The notes under the pieces: generated by a model
What the model was told of the DNA's origin: nothing
Seen by the model: only the letters and a program-made list of their open reading frames with translations
Databases searched by the model: none
Shown here: positions 28,604 to 38,440 of the stretch, in pieces
How positions within the stretch are numbered: the stretch's first letter is position 1
Layout: each line of letters begins with the position of its first letter
Origin: Candidatus Latescibacterota bacterium
Lineage (GTDB): Bacteria > Latescibacterota > UBA2968 > UBA8231
Direction of reading: 5' to 3'
Length of the DNA: 64,000 bases
Assembly: GCA_965208105.1 (NCBI GenBank)
Contig: OZ242318.1
Coordinates: 4,096,001-4,160,000, forward strand
Made by a program: the position numbers and the translations under genes

Positions 28604-29194
28604 CTATATGTGGGGGCCGCGTTCGCGGATGATTCTGAGGGCCAGCGCGGGATCGATCTGGACGATCATCTCCGGTTCGATTTTACAATTGCCCGGCAGG
28701 TCGAAGCCGCCCACCGCGCTGCGCGCGTGCCAGCCGGAAAGCGATCCGTCCGCGCCTTCCTCCGCCCACTGTGAGAGGGGTCCGCCGAATACGTCGTGAA
28801 AGACCTTGCTGTAGCCGTTCACTACCTGTGGGGTTTTCGGAAACGAGCCGCCGCCGTGGGAGTTGACCATGCCGAGGACCTTGACGCAGTACCAGACGTC
28901 GTTCAGGGTGCCGAAGGGGTGAAGGCCCCAGTGCAGCAAGCGGATATGGTTGATCCCGGCCTCGCGCCCTGCCTCGAAGCCTTTCTCGACGTCAGCGTCG
29001 TCGTTGGTCAGGGTACCGCTGCCTCCTCCGGTTCCGGAGGCGAATACCAGGCCGGAGGGGGTGAAGGCAAGGCCGCAGATGGCGAATTCCGCCGGAGGCA
29101 GGGCGTTTTCGGCGCTGCCGAGGTCGATGCCGAGGTCCTTGATGCGGTCGTAGACGTCGAAGTCGCGTTTCCAGGAAGCATGTAGTTCCGTCAT
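28604..29194 (-). CDS. Divergent RidA/YjgF (Rid) family protein
   Basis: VKVLGMVN, PQVVNGYS..F..VFG and HARSAVG..LP..EPE C-terminal Rid motif. Confidence 0.65.
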   Translation of the reverse strand: MTELHASWKRDFDVYDRIKDLGIDLGSAENALPPAEFAICGLAFTPSGLVFASGTGGGSGTLTNDDADVEKGFEAGREAGINHIRLLHWGLHPFGTLNDVWYCVKVLGMVNSHGGGSFPKTPQVVNGYSKVFHDVFGGPLSQWAEEGADGSLSGWHARSAVGGFDLPGNCKIEPEMIVQIDPALALRIIRERGPHI

Positions 29195-29331
29195 CCATTC
29201 CTCCGTGTCTTGTTGGGGTCATCGGCCCCTGGCTTCATGGGGGATTCAATAATAGAGGGAGGCCGGACCCGGCGCAACCAGAGCCCTGTCATCCCCTCTG
29301 CCCCGGCGGGGAAACCCGCCGCAGCCGGGGA

Positions 29332-30498
29332 TCAGCCGGACCCCTCGGTCCCTGGGGACGGGTGCAGTCTGTGCACCCTGCCACCTTTTACCACGGTCAC
29401 CGGTTCGAGCTTCTGCTCTCCGTTGCGCACCTGCCCGTGGGCGTCCTCCAGCTGGAAGCGGCCCCGGCGCAGTTCGAAGATCACGGCGTCGCCCCAGGCG
29501 CCGACCTCGAGAGTGCCGATGCGGTCGGACATGCGCATGACCCGCGCCGGAGCGGCGGTCACCTTGGCGACGACGTCCTCCAGAGCCATGCCGAGATGGA
29601 GGAACTTGGTGGCCACCGTGGCCAGATCGTAGACCGGGCCGTGGAGGTTGTAGACGTGCAGGTCCGAAGAAATGGTCTGGGGTTCCACTCCCTGGGCCAT
29701 GGCGCGCTCCACCACGTCCCAGGAGAAGGACCCCTTTCCATGGCCCACGTCGAAAGTCACCCCGCGCTCCATCGCTTCATGCACCGACTTGCGCACCCGC
29801 CCGCTCTCGTCCAGGATTCCGCACTCCAGGGCGTGGAAGCAGTGGGTGAGGGCGTCGCCCGGGCCCATGACCGCGAGGATGTCGTCCAGGGAGTCGCACC
29901 ATGCGTCCTGTGGATGCACCATGATGGGCAGACCGGCCGCGTCGGCCGCCTCCCTGGCCCGGTGCAGGGGCGTCATGCCGGCGCGCTCGCTGACCAGGAT
30001 GTTCTTGGTCAGGCGCACCTTGACCCCGAGGATCAGGTCGCGGTTCCGCTCGATCATCTCGCCTGCGCGCTCCACGTCGGCGTACTCGGGAATCTCCAGC
30101 TCGCCGATCTTCTCCGTCAACATTCCCTGCGAGGAGATGTTGAGGTAGGCCAGGATGCGGGTCGAGCTCATGTCGATGACGTACTTGCGAAAGCCCGGGA
30201 ATGTGTCCGCTCCGGCCGAGCCGGCGTCCACCACGGTGGTTGCGCCGCGCTCGAGGCAGGTGGGGTCGGGCTCGATACCGTAGTGGCTGACTCCTGGAAA
30301 TACGTGGACGTGGAGGTCGATCATGCCGGGGGTGACAAGGCGTCCGCCGGCGTCGATGACCTCTCTTGCTTCCCCGGCGGGAAGATCAGCGCCGAGGGCG
30401 GCGACCCGGCCTTCGGAAAAGGCGACGTCCTGCCTGCCGTGGATGCTGCGTGCGGGGTCGATCAGGGTGCCGCCCTTGATGAGCAAATCGTATTTCAT
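29332..30498 (-). CDS. Dihydroorotase-like amidohydrolase/deacetylase (metallo-dependent)
   Basis: PGMIDLHVH, VDAGSAG, GVKVR, THCFH, DVGHG.GSF and ISSD. Confidence 0.88.
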   Translation of the reverse strand: MKYDLLIKGGTLIDPARSIHGRQDVAFSEGRVAALGADLPAGEAREVIDAGGRLVTPGMIDLHVHVFPGVSHYGIEPDPTCLERGATTVVDAGSAGADTFPGFRKYVIDMSSTRILAYLNISSQGMLTEKIGELEIPEYADVERAGEMIERNRDLILGVKVRLTKNILVSERAGMTPLHRAREAADAAGLPIMVHPQDAWCDSLDDILAVMGPGDALTHCFHALECGILDESGRVRKSVHEAMERGVTFDVGHGKGSFSWDVVERAMAQGVEPQTISSDLHVYNLHGPVYDLATVATKFLHLGMALEDVVAKVTAAPARVMRMSDRIGTLEVGAWGDAVIFELRRGRFQLEDAHGQVRNGEQKLEPVTVVKGGRVHRLHPSPGTEGSG

Positions 30499-30620
30499 GT
30501 CGTGGTCTCCCTTGAAATGTCGCGGCCATGCGGTTCGGAAATGGCTTGATCCAGCGCCTTCGGGGAAGTGGACCCCGGCTCCCTGGAATCTGCTGCAGGA
30601 TTATTCCAGGTGCGGGCCAT

Positions 30621-31724
30621 CTAGTGGAGCTGGCCTCGTCCCAGCAGGGGCCAGACGGCTTCCACCGACCCGCCGCGAATCCCGTAGATGCGGTCGTGCA
30701 GAACCACGGTGGTGTCGGAGTAGCCGACGACGAACTCGATCTTGTCCCCCACGCGCGGGACGAGGGATGGTTGTTCGAGCTCGATTTTGCCGTGCTCGGC
30801 GGCCAGGGATACCTCATTCACTTCCCCCACGGCGATGGGCTCGGGAATGTCGGAGTCGCAGCTCATGGTCTTGCGGCCGGCGTCGCAGACGATGCGCGTG
30901 GGCGTCGCCCTGCTGGTGACCGTGGACAGGACGGTCAGGGCGTAGTGGTGCTCGACGCCGAAGGTCTTGCGGTAGCGCACGTCGCAGTAGATGCCGCCTC
31001 CCGCCTCGATTTCGGTGATGCCAGGCTGGTGTGCGCTGATCCAGTAGGTGCCGGTGCCGCCGCAGCTCAGGATCTCCATGGGGATGCCGTCGTCGCGGCA
31101 CAACTGCGCCGTCGCCGTGAAGCGTTCCAGCGCCTCGGCGACCATCCGGCGTTTCTCCTCGGGGTCCCTGGCGCCCAGGGCGTGGGATTCCCAGGTCATG
31201 AGCCCGGCCAGGCGCAGGCCGCGGCGGGGGGCGATGTTGCGCGCCAGCGCCAGGGCGGGCTCGCCGGGCTCCACCCCGGCCCGCTTCATCCCGGTGTCGA
31301 TCTCGATGAGGACGCGCAGTCGGACCCCTTTCTCCCGGGCCGCGCGGTCGAGGGCATGGACGTTGTCGACGCAGTCCACGGCGACCATTACGTCCGCGTG
31401 GCGGCGCAGATTGACCAGGCGGGCGATCTTTTGGGGCCCCACGATCTGGTTGGCGATGAGGATGTCGCGGATGCCCCCTGCGGCCATCACCTCCGCCTCG
31501 CCGAGCTTGGCGCAGGTGATGCCGCTGGCGCCGGCGTCGAGGAGCATGTGGGCAAGGGCGGGGGTTTTCATGGCCTTGGTGTGGGGGCGCCAGCGCACTC
31601 CTGCCTCCCTGGTGATGACGCGGGCCATGCGTGCGATGTTGGCTTCCAGTTTGTCCAGTTCGGCGAGGAGCACGGGAGTGTCCAGCTCCTCTTTGGGTGC
31701 GCCGATGAGGTGGGTCGGAGACAT
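30621..31724 (-). CDS. DSD1 family fold-type III PLP enzyme (D-threonine aldolase/D-serine dehydratase-like)
   Basis: LDTP, RPHTK (PLP Lys), CAKLGEAE, GMKRAG, GGTGT, DAGRK and AEHG. Confidence 0.88.
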   Translation of the reverse strand: MSPTHLIGAPKEELDTPVLLAELDKLEANIARMARVITREAGVRWRPHTKAMKTPALAHMLLDAGASGITCAKLGEAEVMAAGGIRDILIANQIVGPQKIARLVNLRRHADVMVAVDCVDNVHALDRAAREKGVRLRVLIEIDTGMKRAGVEPGEPALALARNIAPRRGLRLAGLMTWESHALGARDPEEKRRMVAEALERFTATAQLCRDDGIPMEILSCGGTGTYWISAHQPGITEIEAGGGIYCDVRYRKTFGVEHHYALTVLSTVTSRATPTRIVCDAGRKTMSCDSDIPEPIAVGEVNEVSLAAEHGKIELEQPSLVPRVGDKIEFVVGYSDTTVVLHDRIYGIRGGSVEAVWPLLGRGQLH

Positions 31725-31748
31725 GAGGTCGCTCCTATTCTCTTCCGG

Positions 31749-33926
31749 TCACTTGAGGTTCCCCTCCAGTTCCACCAGGACCACCTCGTGGAGGTCAACC
31801 CGGGGCACGGTGATGGCAGCCGGCGCGCCCGAGAGGGGCAGGTCCGCGTTCTGCAGCGGCAGGCGGGCGGACAGGGGGTTGAGGCCGTCGAAGCGGATTC
31901 GCACCTCGTGAATGGGGTTGACCTCGAAGGGGGCGTGGAAGGTGGCCTGCAGGTCGTCGTAGTGGTCGCGGTCGGTGACCTGCCAGGGGAGCAGGGGAAC
32001 CGGGTTGTTGAGCAGGTGGATCATGAGCTCGCCCGTGGGACGGAAGGCGGCGGTCATTTCAACGACCTCGGGGGCCTCCACGGCCAGCGGCGGGCCGGCC
32101 TCTCCGGCGAGATGGGCGACCAGACGCCGCAGGGGCGGGTAGGGGCTGTTCATATAGGCGCCGCCCACGTCTCCGGCGATGTAGACGGCGCGGCCTTTGC
32201 CGTAGGGATGGACGGTGACCGAGGGCTCGCTGCCGCGGTAGTCCATGGAGGGGTGGAAATTGTTCAGCAGCCCGGGGTCCAGGTCGCTGCGGGTGCAGAT
32301 GACGCTGGTGCCGGGGCGGGCGCTGATCGCCGCCTCCTGGCCGAAGAAGCAGAGCACGGGGCCGCAGAGGCGCTCCAGCTCATCCTCGATCGGCGCGTAG
32401 ATGACCTGGTGGTCCCCTTCTTCCTGGAGATGTCCGCGGTAATCCACCCCCAGGACCTCGCCGAGGGCAAAGCCGTCGCGCTCCTCTCCCCACTCGTTCA
32501 GAAGGGAGGTCTGGTAGGTGGCGATGAGGGTGCCGCCGCCGGCCACGAACTCGGCGATGGCGGCGCAGTGGAGGTCGGATAGGCAGGCGCTGTTGGAAAG
32601 GAAGAGGACGCGGTAAGAGGACAGCTTGCCGGCGGTGAGATCGGCGTCCAGGGCCATGTCGAAGACCACCTGGGAGCGGTTGAGCATTTCGTAGGCGCCG
32701 TAGTGGTCCTTCTGGCCCAACTGGTGGTAGTGGACCCTGCCGGTGTTCTTGGGGAGCTCGGAGGGGCGGAAGTCCCGGTTCATCTGCGAGTAGTGCAGGG
32801 CGAGGTACTTGAGGGTCTCACCTCTTACGTAGGGGGACCGCTTTTTGTACTCGGCGAAGACGCGCTCCATGGCCTCTCCCTGCAGAAAGGAGGAGGAGCC
32901 GAAGGGGCCGCCGCAGGGAGCGCCGCCGTTTATCATGGCTCCCAGGCCGGCGACGGCGGCGGGGTAAATCTCGGGACGCGGCGCGGCGCCGAAGCCTTCC
33001 AGGTGCTGGGTGACGTTGCGGAAAATGCCGAAAGGAGTCCCGGTGGCGCGCAGCGCCTTGGCCACGAAGCCGGGCTCGCGCAGGGAGCGGAAGGTCTCCA
33101 CGAAGAAGTGGCCCCCCACCTCTTCCAGGCGCAGAGAGCCCAGGGGATGGCCGTCGGACCAGTCGGTCTGAGGGCGGATGTAGGAGTTGAGGTCGAGGAT
33201 GGCGTCGGGGTACTTTTCCCTGATTCTGGAGAACAGGTTGTGCATGAAGTCGATCATCTTCTCGTAGCGCCAATTGACGAAGCGGCGGAAAACCATGGAG
33301 TCGAAGTCCACCTTCCTGGGGATATCGTGGCTGGTTTCGCGCCGGAAGAGCTCCTCGCACCAGGAGCAGCAGCAGGCCGGGGTCCAGGGGCGGTCCTCGT
33401 GGGTGCCGTAGTTGGTGTCGTCGAAGTAGAAGCCGTCAAGGTCGAGATTGTCCATCCACTCGAGCAGGTAGGCCGGCAGCCAGTCGCGGTAGGGGGAGTT
33501 GAAGCAGAACCATCCCAGGTTCTCGGGCTGGGGCCGGCCGTCGTCGAGGAACTTCATCATCCACTCGGGGTGGAGAGGCTTCAGAGGCTTGGTGTAGATG
33601 ACGGGATAGTAGGAGAGCACGATGACGCCGCGCTGATGCGCCAGCTCGAGAAAGCGCGGGAGGCGGTCGTTGTCCACGTCCGGGTGGGGTGGGATCATCT
33701 CGGAAGGGAAGCGAGGGGTCCCGCGGTTGATCTCGCCGTCGACAATCTGGACTTCCATTCCGATGCGGTCGATGAAGTCGACCCACTCCTCCACCGAGGG
33801 ACCATCGTATGACGGCCGCCAGGATACGCAGGCGGGATAGCACTCGATGCGGCACATGCGCTCCTCGTAGGGTTTTTGCGCCAGGCGCTCGGCGGTGGAG
33901 CCCACTCTTTTAAGTTCCTTCTTCAT
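31749..33926 (-). CDS. Putative glycoside hydrolase (TIM barrel plus beta-galactosidase trimerisation-like domain)
   Basis: CFNSPY..DGFYFD, CCCSWC and YRVLFLSN..CLSD..FVAGGGTLIATY.TSL class I GATase-like segment. Confidence 0.7.
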   Translation of the reverse strand: MKKELKRVGSTAERLAQKPYEERMCRIECYPACVSWRPSYDGPSVEEWVDFIDRIGMEVQIVDGEINRGTPRFPSEMIPPHPDVDNDRLPRFLELAHQRGVIVLSYYPVIYTKPLKPLHPEWMMKFLDDGRPQPENLGWFCFNSPYRDWLPAYLLEWMDNLDLDGFYFDDTNYGTHEDRPWTPACCCSWCEELFRRETSHDIPRKVDFDSMVFRRFVNWRYEKMIDFMHNLFSRIREKYPDAILDLNSYIRPQTDWSDGHPLGSLRLEEVGGHFFVETFRSLREPGFVAKALRATGTPFGIFRNVTQHLEGFGAAPRPEIYPAAVAGLGAMINGGAPCGGPFGSSSFLQGEAMERVFAEYKKRSPYVRGETLKYLALHYSQMNRDFRPSELPKNTGRVHYHQLGQKDHYGAYEMLNRSQVVFDMALDADLTAGKLSSYRVLFLSNSACLSDLHCAAIAEFVAGGGTLIATYQTSLLNEWGEERDGFALGEVLGVDYRGHLQEEGDHQVIYAPIEDELERLCGPVLCFFGQEAAISARPGTSVICTRSDLDPGLLNNFHPSMDYRGSEPSVTVHPYGKGRAVYIAGDVGGAYMNSPYPPLRRLVAHLAGEAGPPLAVEAPEVVEMTAAFRPTGELMIHLLNNPVPLLPWQVTDRDHYDDLQATFHAPFEVNPIHEVRIRFDGLNPLSARLPLQNADLPLSGAPAAITVPRVDLHEVVLVELEGNLK

Positions 33927-33944
33927 GGTCTGCCGTCCTCGGCG

Positions 33945-35357
33945 CTATGCGAACCAGTAGGAGTAGAATTGGGCGTCGCGCAGGGTGAAGCGCAGGCGCA
34001 CCTTCCGGCCCCGCAGCTCGGAGGGGTGTCCCGAGGTCCACGTAAACCTCGCGGACCGCTGATCGCCGCCGAGGGGGGCGGACGAGGCCAGCGCGGCGCC
34101 GTTGCCATCTAGCAGGTCGGCGCGCAACTCCCCCCTGCGGGCGTCGACGTTGGCCCACAGCTCATCAGCGGGCAGGGTGAATACGGGGGTCTCCAGTACC
34201 CCCTCGTGGGACCCTGCGTCGAGGGAGACGAATCCGTCCCGGCGCAAAACCGCGAGGCATACGGCCCCGGCATCGGGATGGTAGTCGTCGTAGCCTTTTT
34301 CTCCGCCCGAGGAAATGAACGCGTATTGCTTAATCCCCGTGTAGTAGAACCACAGCTCGTCCCCGCGCACCACCGCGCTGGAAGGTCCTATGATGGTCTG
34401 CAGGTCATAGGCGCCGCTGTCCTGCAGGGAGGCATCGATGAAGGCGCGGCGGCCGGCCACCCTGGTCCAGTTCCTGAGGTCGCGGCTGCAGGCCACCTGG
34501 ACGTTGTAGAAACCGGTGTAGTCGCCGTACTTGGAGACGCACTCCGCAATGTAGGGGGAGAGGCGCATCCTGGAGAAGCCCTCCCACCCGGGGGGAACCT
34601 TGCCGGTGTGGTGGTATACGGAGGGAAGGCCGATGTAGAGCGACTCGTAGCGGAAAACTCCCATATTGTAGATTTCGATGCTGTAGTGCTCGGGGTCGTT
34701 GAACTCGGTCTGCTTGAGCAGGGGGTGGGCAAGGCGGCTGGCGATGACCTGGCGGCCCATTTCCTGGTCGCGATCGTCGGTGTGAAAAACCACCCCATGG
34801 TCGTCCCAGTGATTGAAGTCCGTGCTGGAAGCAACTGCGACAGAGCGTCCGTAGTCGGTTCCGCGCTTGACGGTGTGAATGAACCGGCCTTCCCCCTCGT
34901 CGAAGGAGAAGTTGCCTTCGTCCTGGCTCTGAATCGCGGGGACGTCCAGCTTGGCCCAGGCGACCCCGTCGGGCGAGACGGCGAAGCCCCTGTCCAGGAG
35001 AGCCGCCTTGAAGCGCCGCGCCGGGTCCGGGTCGGTTCCGTCATACACCACCATGGAGACCCCGAGGTCGGTCCGGGGCCTTGCCCCCGGGGACCAGTGA
35101 AGGCCGTCGTGGCTCTGGCGGGCGGAGTTGTCCATACCGGTGACCCAGAGTTTGAACAGCTTTGCTCCAGGGTCCCAGATGGGGGCGCTGCGGGTCTGAA
35201 TGGTGCTGTCCGGGTCGGGGCTGCGAATTACCGCACCCTTCTTGTTTGGCTGGTGCAGGGTTCGCTCCAGGCGGGAGATGGTCTCAATCCCATCGTCGTC
35301 CAGAAAGAGCTGACGCTGGCCAGGTACTATGGAGCAGGATTTGCTCTGGTCGTCCAT
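33945..35357 (-). CDS. Hypothetical beta-propeller glycosidase-like protein (GH32/43-like)
   Basis: RQLFLDD, Asp-box-like S.DG..W repeats, ELWFYY.G and LRRDGFVSL. Confidence 0.65.
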   Translation of the reverse strand: MDDQSKSCSIVPGQRQLFLDDDGIETISRLERTLHQPNKKGAVIRSPDPDSTIQTRSAPIWDPGAKLFKLWVTGMDNSARQSHDGLHWSPGARPRTDLGVSMVVYDGTDPDPARRFKAALLDRGFAVSPDGVAWAKLDVPAIQSQDEGNFSFDEGEGRFIHTVKRGTDYGRSVAVASSTDFNHWDDHGVVFHTDDRDQEMGRQVIASRLAHPLLKQTEFNDPEHYSIEIYNMGVFRYESLYIGLPSVYHHTGKVPPGWEGFSRMRLSPYIAECVSKYGDYTGFYNVQVACSRDLRNWTRVAGRRAFIDASLQDSGAYDLQTIIGPSSAVVRGDELWFYYTGIKQYAFISSGGEKGYDDYHPDAGAVCLAVLRRDGFVSLDAGSHEGVLETPVFTLPADELWANVDARRGELRADLLDGNGAALASSAPLGGDQRSARFTWTSGHPSELRGRKVRLRFTLRDAQFYSYWFA

Positions 35358-35615
35358 GAGGATGGGTTCCTTGACGGGTGGAAGAGGTGAAGGATAGAAG
35401 TACTACAGAACCCGGGGCGGGGCAAGGGTACCTGGCGGATCCGCAGCGCGGCAGGGCTCGATTTGCCTCGATTCAGCGGCATTGGCGGCGGCAGGCCGGA
35501 CGGAATGGCGATCGACAACCGGCTGCCCGGCCGGGGACGGCGGGCGGGGAGGCGAAAGGGGGGCATCGGAAGATGGAGTTGCGAGGATGGGATGTTTCTC
35601 GATCCGCTTTCGGGA

Positions 35616-38153
35616 TCAGGGACCGTCGCGGCGCTGGCGGTGGAGACGCAGCATGACCTGGGCGGGTAGAAACTCGCTGCTTCTTCGCGCGCTTTCCTCG
35701 TAGGCGGACGCGGCCTCTCCCCTTTTCCCGTGGAGTTCCTTGATCCTTCCCTTGAGAAAAATGTCGCGGGCTTCCAGATAGGCGCCGAGGCGGGCGGAGA
35801 AGCGGCGGTCCGCTTCAGTGGTGGCGGCCACGACGTCCCCGGGTCGAGGCTGGAAGTGGTCCAGCATGGCCTGGAGAAGCTCGGCCTTGCTGCGGAAATG
35901 ATCCAGGGTCGTCGACCGGCTGGTGAGGGCGGTCTCCCGCAGTTCGTAGGCCAGGCGCGGAGCACCGAAGGTCACCCTGGGGCGGTCATCGGTGTTGAGC
36001 GGGCTGTCTTTGGAGTAGGCGGCCAGGTCGTCCCTGCCCGCGGCCAGATAGCCGAACAGCTTCATCTCGTCGGCCACGCCCGCCGCCTTGAGGGCGGCTC
36101 TCAACTTGTCGTCCATCGCCCGACGTGCAAACCAGTCGGGCGTATAGACCGTGGCATCCCCGGCACTGCCCACCAGGGCAAGGGGCAGGGTGGTGATCCG
36201 GGTGTTGGGCTGGTAGTAGGCGCGGGCGTCGGGGAAAACTTCGAGGAAGGTGCGGATCATGATTTTCACCGTCTCTTCGTCGAGCTGGTAGAGCGGCAGC
36301 CACTGGCAGAACAGGCCGCCCGGAGCGAGGCGCTGGCGAATGGCGAGGAAATGCTCCACGGTGTAGAGGGATCCGGCTCCGTCGCGCGAGGGGTGGAAGA
36401 GATCGGCGGCGATGACGTCGTAGCGGTCGCGTGAGGCGCGGACGTAGCGCCGCGCGTCTGAAACGAGGACCCTCAAGTCTGGCTGGTTCAACAGGTCGCC
36501 GTTCACCTGGCGAAAGAAGGGCAGCAGCCCGACCACCTCGGGCACCAGTTCGACCCCTTCCCCGCGCAGCCGAGGATGGTCGGCTGCCGCGCCGAAGGTG
36601 ACTCCCGCTCCAAGTCCCAGGAACAGGACGCGCCGGGGGTCCGGGTGAAGGAGTAGCGGAACGTGGGCGCGCAACCGGGGTGAATTGGCGTGCGGAGTGC
36701 CTCCCATGCTGAATCGGTTGTTTACCATCAGCAGGCGATTGCCGCCGCGGTCGGACACGACGGAAACGGTGGCCATGGTGCCTTCGCGGTAGGCAAGCAC
36801 CCCGCCGCCCGGAGGTCCGACAATCAGGGTCAGGCCCGCGGGCCATACCTTGACGAGGAGGAAGGCGAGCACCAGGGCAGCCCCTCCGGGCAACAGCCGT
36901 CGCGGCCGGAGGTCGGGGACGAAGAGCAGGTAGCCGAGGGAGGTCAGTACGAGGGCGGTTTTCGTCCCCAGGGCAGGGAGCACCAAGACTCCGAATACCA
37001 GGGGCGCCAGGGACGCCCCCACGGTATTCAGTCCCAGGGAGCGCCCGACGCCGCCCCGCTCCCGCCTCATCGACTGAGCCAGGTGGCTGAACAGGGCCCC
37101 CATCAGGATCGACGGCAACAGGAAGACGATGAGGGCGAGCCCGATCTCGGCGCCCACGGAGCCGGCGAAACCCGTCCCGAAGAGTTGGCGCAGCCACTCG
37201 TAGAGGGCGAAGGCCTGTGAGATGGCGACCACGCCGCAGAGGCAGGCCGCCCCGGTGGTCTGAACCAGGAAGGAGAGGACGGCCCGGGAGTCCCGGCCCC
37301 GGCCCAGAACCTGGTAGGCGACAGCCCCGAGGGCCGTGCCCAGCAGGTAAGCCGAGAGGATCGAGGCGAAGCTGTAGACCGTGTTCTCGAAAACCTGGCT
37401 CAGCACCCGCACCCCCAAAACCTCGTAGCCGATGCCCAGGAACCCGGTGATGAAGATGGTGAAGCCGAGGCGGCCTGGGGGGGGAGAATCTCCCATGCGG
37501 GCGTCGACAGAAGGGCGTTCCCTCTCGCCGCGCCCCAGTCCGGCGAATACCACGGCAGCGCAGACCAGGTTGACCGCGGCCAGGATCAGGAGGGTGGCGC
37601 GGAAGCCCAAGGACGGCACCAGCACGAAGGTCGCGCCCAGGGTTCCGGCAACCGCCCCCAGGGTATTGGCCCCGTAGAGACCTCCGAGGGAACGGCCCTG
37701 GGAGCGCAAGCGCGACAGGAAGCGGTCCATGGCGGGAAGGGTCGCCCCCATGGCGGCGGTTGCCGGAAGCAGGGCGAGGAACGGTACGAGGAAGGCCACC
37801 ATCCAGTGGCGCAGGGCTCCGGGCGCGGTGCCGGTGAGAAAGGCCACCTGGTCGTTTGCCCAGGGGATCAGGGCCATGGAGGCGAAGCCCCACAGGCCGA
37901 TGATCAGTTCCAGTACCGCGTACCAGCGCCCGGGGGAGCGGCTGCGGCTCACCTTGCCGTCGAGGACCCAGGCCCCCAGGGCGAATCCGGCGAAGAATGC
38001 GGCCAGCACCGCCAGCACCCCGGGCATCTCGTGTCCGAGACCGACGGAGAACATCCGGGTCCAGACGATTTCGTAGCCCAGGCCGGCCACCCCGGAAAGG
38101 AAGAATATGAGATAGGAGCAAGAGGAAGCGGGGCGTGTGGTGGATCCGGACAT
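35616..38153 (-). CDS. Fused multi-pass membrane protein/spermidine synthase-like SAM-dependent domain
   Basis: About 13 hydrophobic helices (YEIVWTR, MGATLP, LYGANTLG), then VLFLGLGAG, VELVPEV, DARRY, YDVI..D.FHP and QWLP. Start could be up to 38246. Confidence 0.85.
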   Translation of the reverse strand: MSGSTTRPASSCSYLIFFLSGVAGLGYEIVWTRMFSVGLGHEMPGVLAVLAAFFAGFALGAWVLDGKVSRSRSPGRWYAVLELIIGLWGFASMALIPWANDQVAFLTGTAPGALRHWMVAFLVPFLALLPATAAMGATLPAMDRFLSRLRSQGRSLGGLYGANTLGAVAGTLGATFVLVPSLGFRATLLILAAVNLVCAAVVFAGLGRGERERPSVDARMGDSPPPGRLGFTIFITGFLGIGYEVLGVRVLSQVFENTVYSFASILSAYLLGTALGAVAYQVLGRGRDSRAVLSFLVQTTGAACLCGVVAISQAFALYEWLRQLFGTGFAGSVGAEIGLALIVFLLPSILMGALFSHLAQSMRRERGGVGRSLGLNTVGASLAPLVFGVLVLPALGTKTALVLTSLGYLLFVPDLRPRRLLPGGAALVLAFLLVKVWPAGLTLIVGPPGGGVLAYREGTMATVSVVSDRGGNRLLMVNNRFSMGGTPHANSPRLRAHVPLLLHPDPRRVLFLGLGAGVTFGAAADHPRLRGEGVELVPEVVGLLPFFRQVNGDLLNQPDLRVLVSDARRYVRASRDRYDVIAADLFHPSRDGAGSLYTVEHFLAIRQRLAPGGLFCQWLPLYQLDEETVKIMIRTFLEVFPDARAYYQPNTRITTLPLALVGSAGDATVYTPDWFARRAMDDKLRAALKAAGVADEMKLFGYLAAGRDDLAAYSKDSPLNTDDRPRVTFGAPRLAYELRETALTSRSTTLDHFRSKAELLQAMLDHFQPRPGDVVAATTEADRRFSARLGAYLEARDIFLKGRIKELHGKRGEAASAYEESARRSSEFLPAQVMLRLHRQRRDGP

Positions 38154-38440
38154 CGACCCCTTCCGAAAGAAATCGAAAAAGCGGAACCTCGAGGGGAACT
38201 GTTCACTCACGATCATCCAAAATATTGGAAATGCGACCCTGGTCAAGATTCTCCCCCGTCTCCAGGGCGGGGCGGCATGTTACTCCTGCCCTCCCGTGGC
38301 CAGGCCTTGAGTCCGGCGAGGTGTTTGCTATTCCCACGTTATGCCTTAGTATAGTACCGAGTTCATCCTGCCTTCGAGGCAGGGAGGGAAATGATTGCTG
38401 CAGGGCAGGGCTTCGCTTCGGTGGCCAAGGCCGGTGAAAG

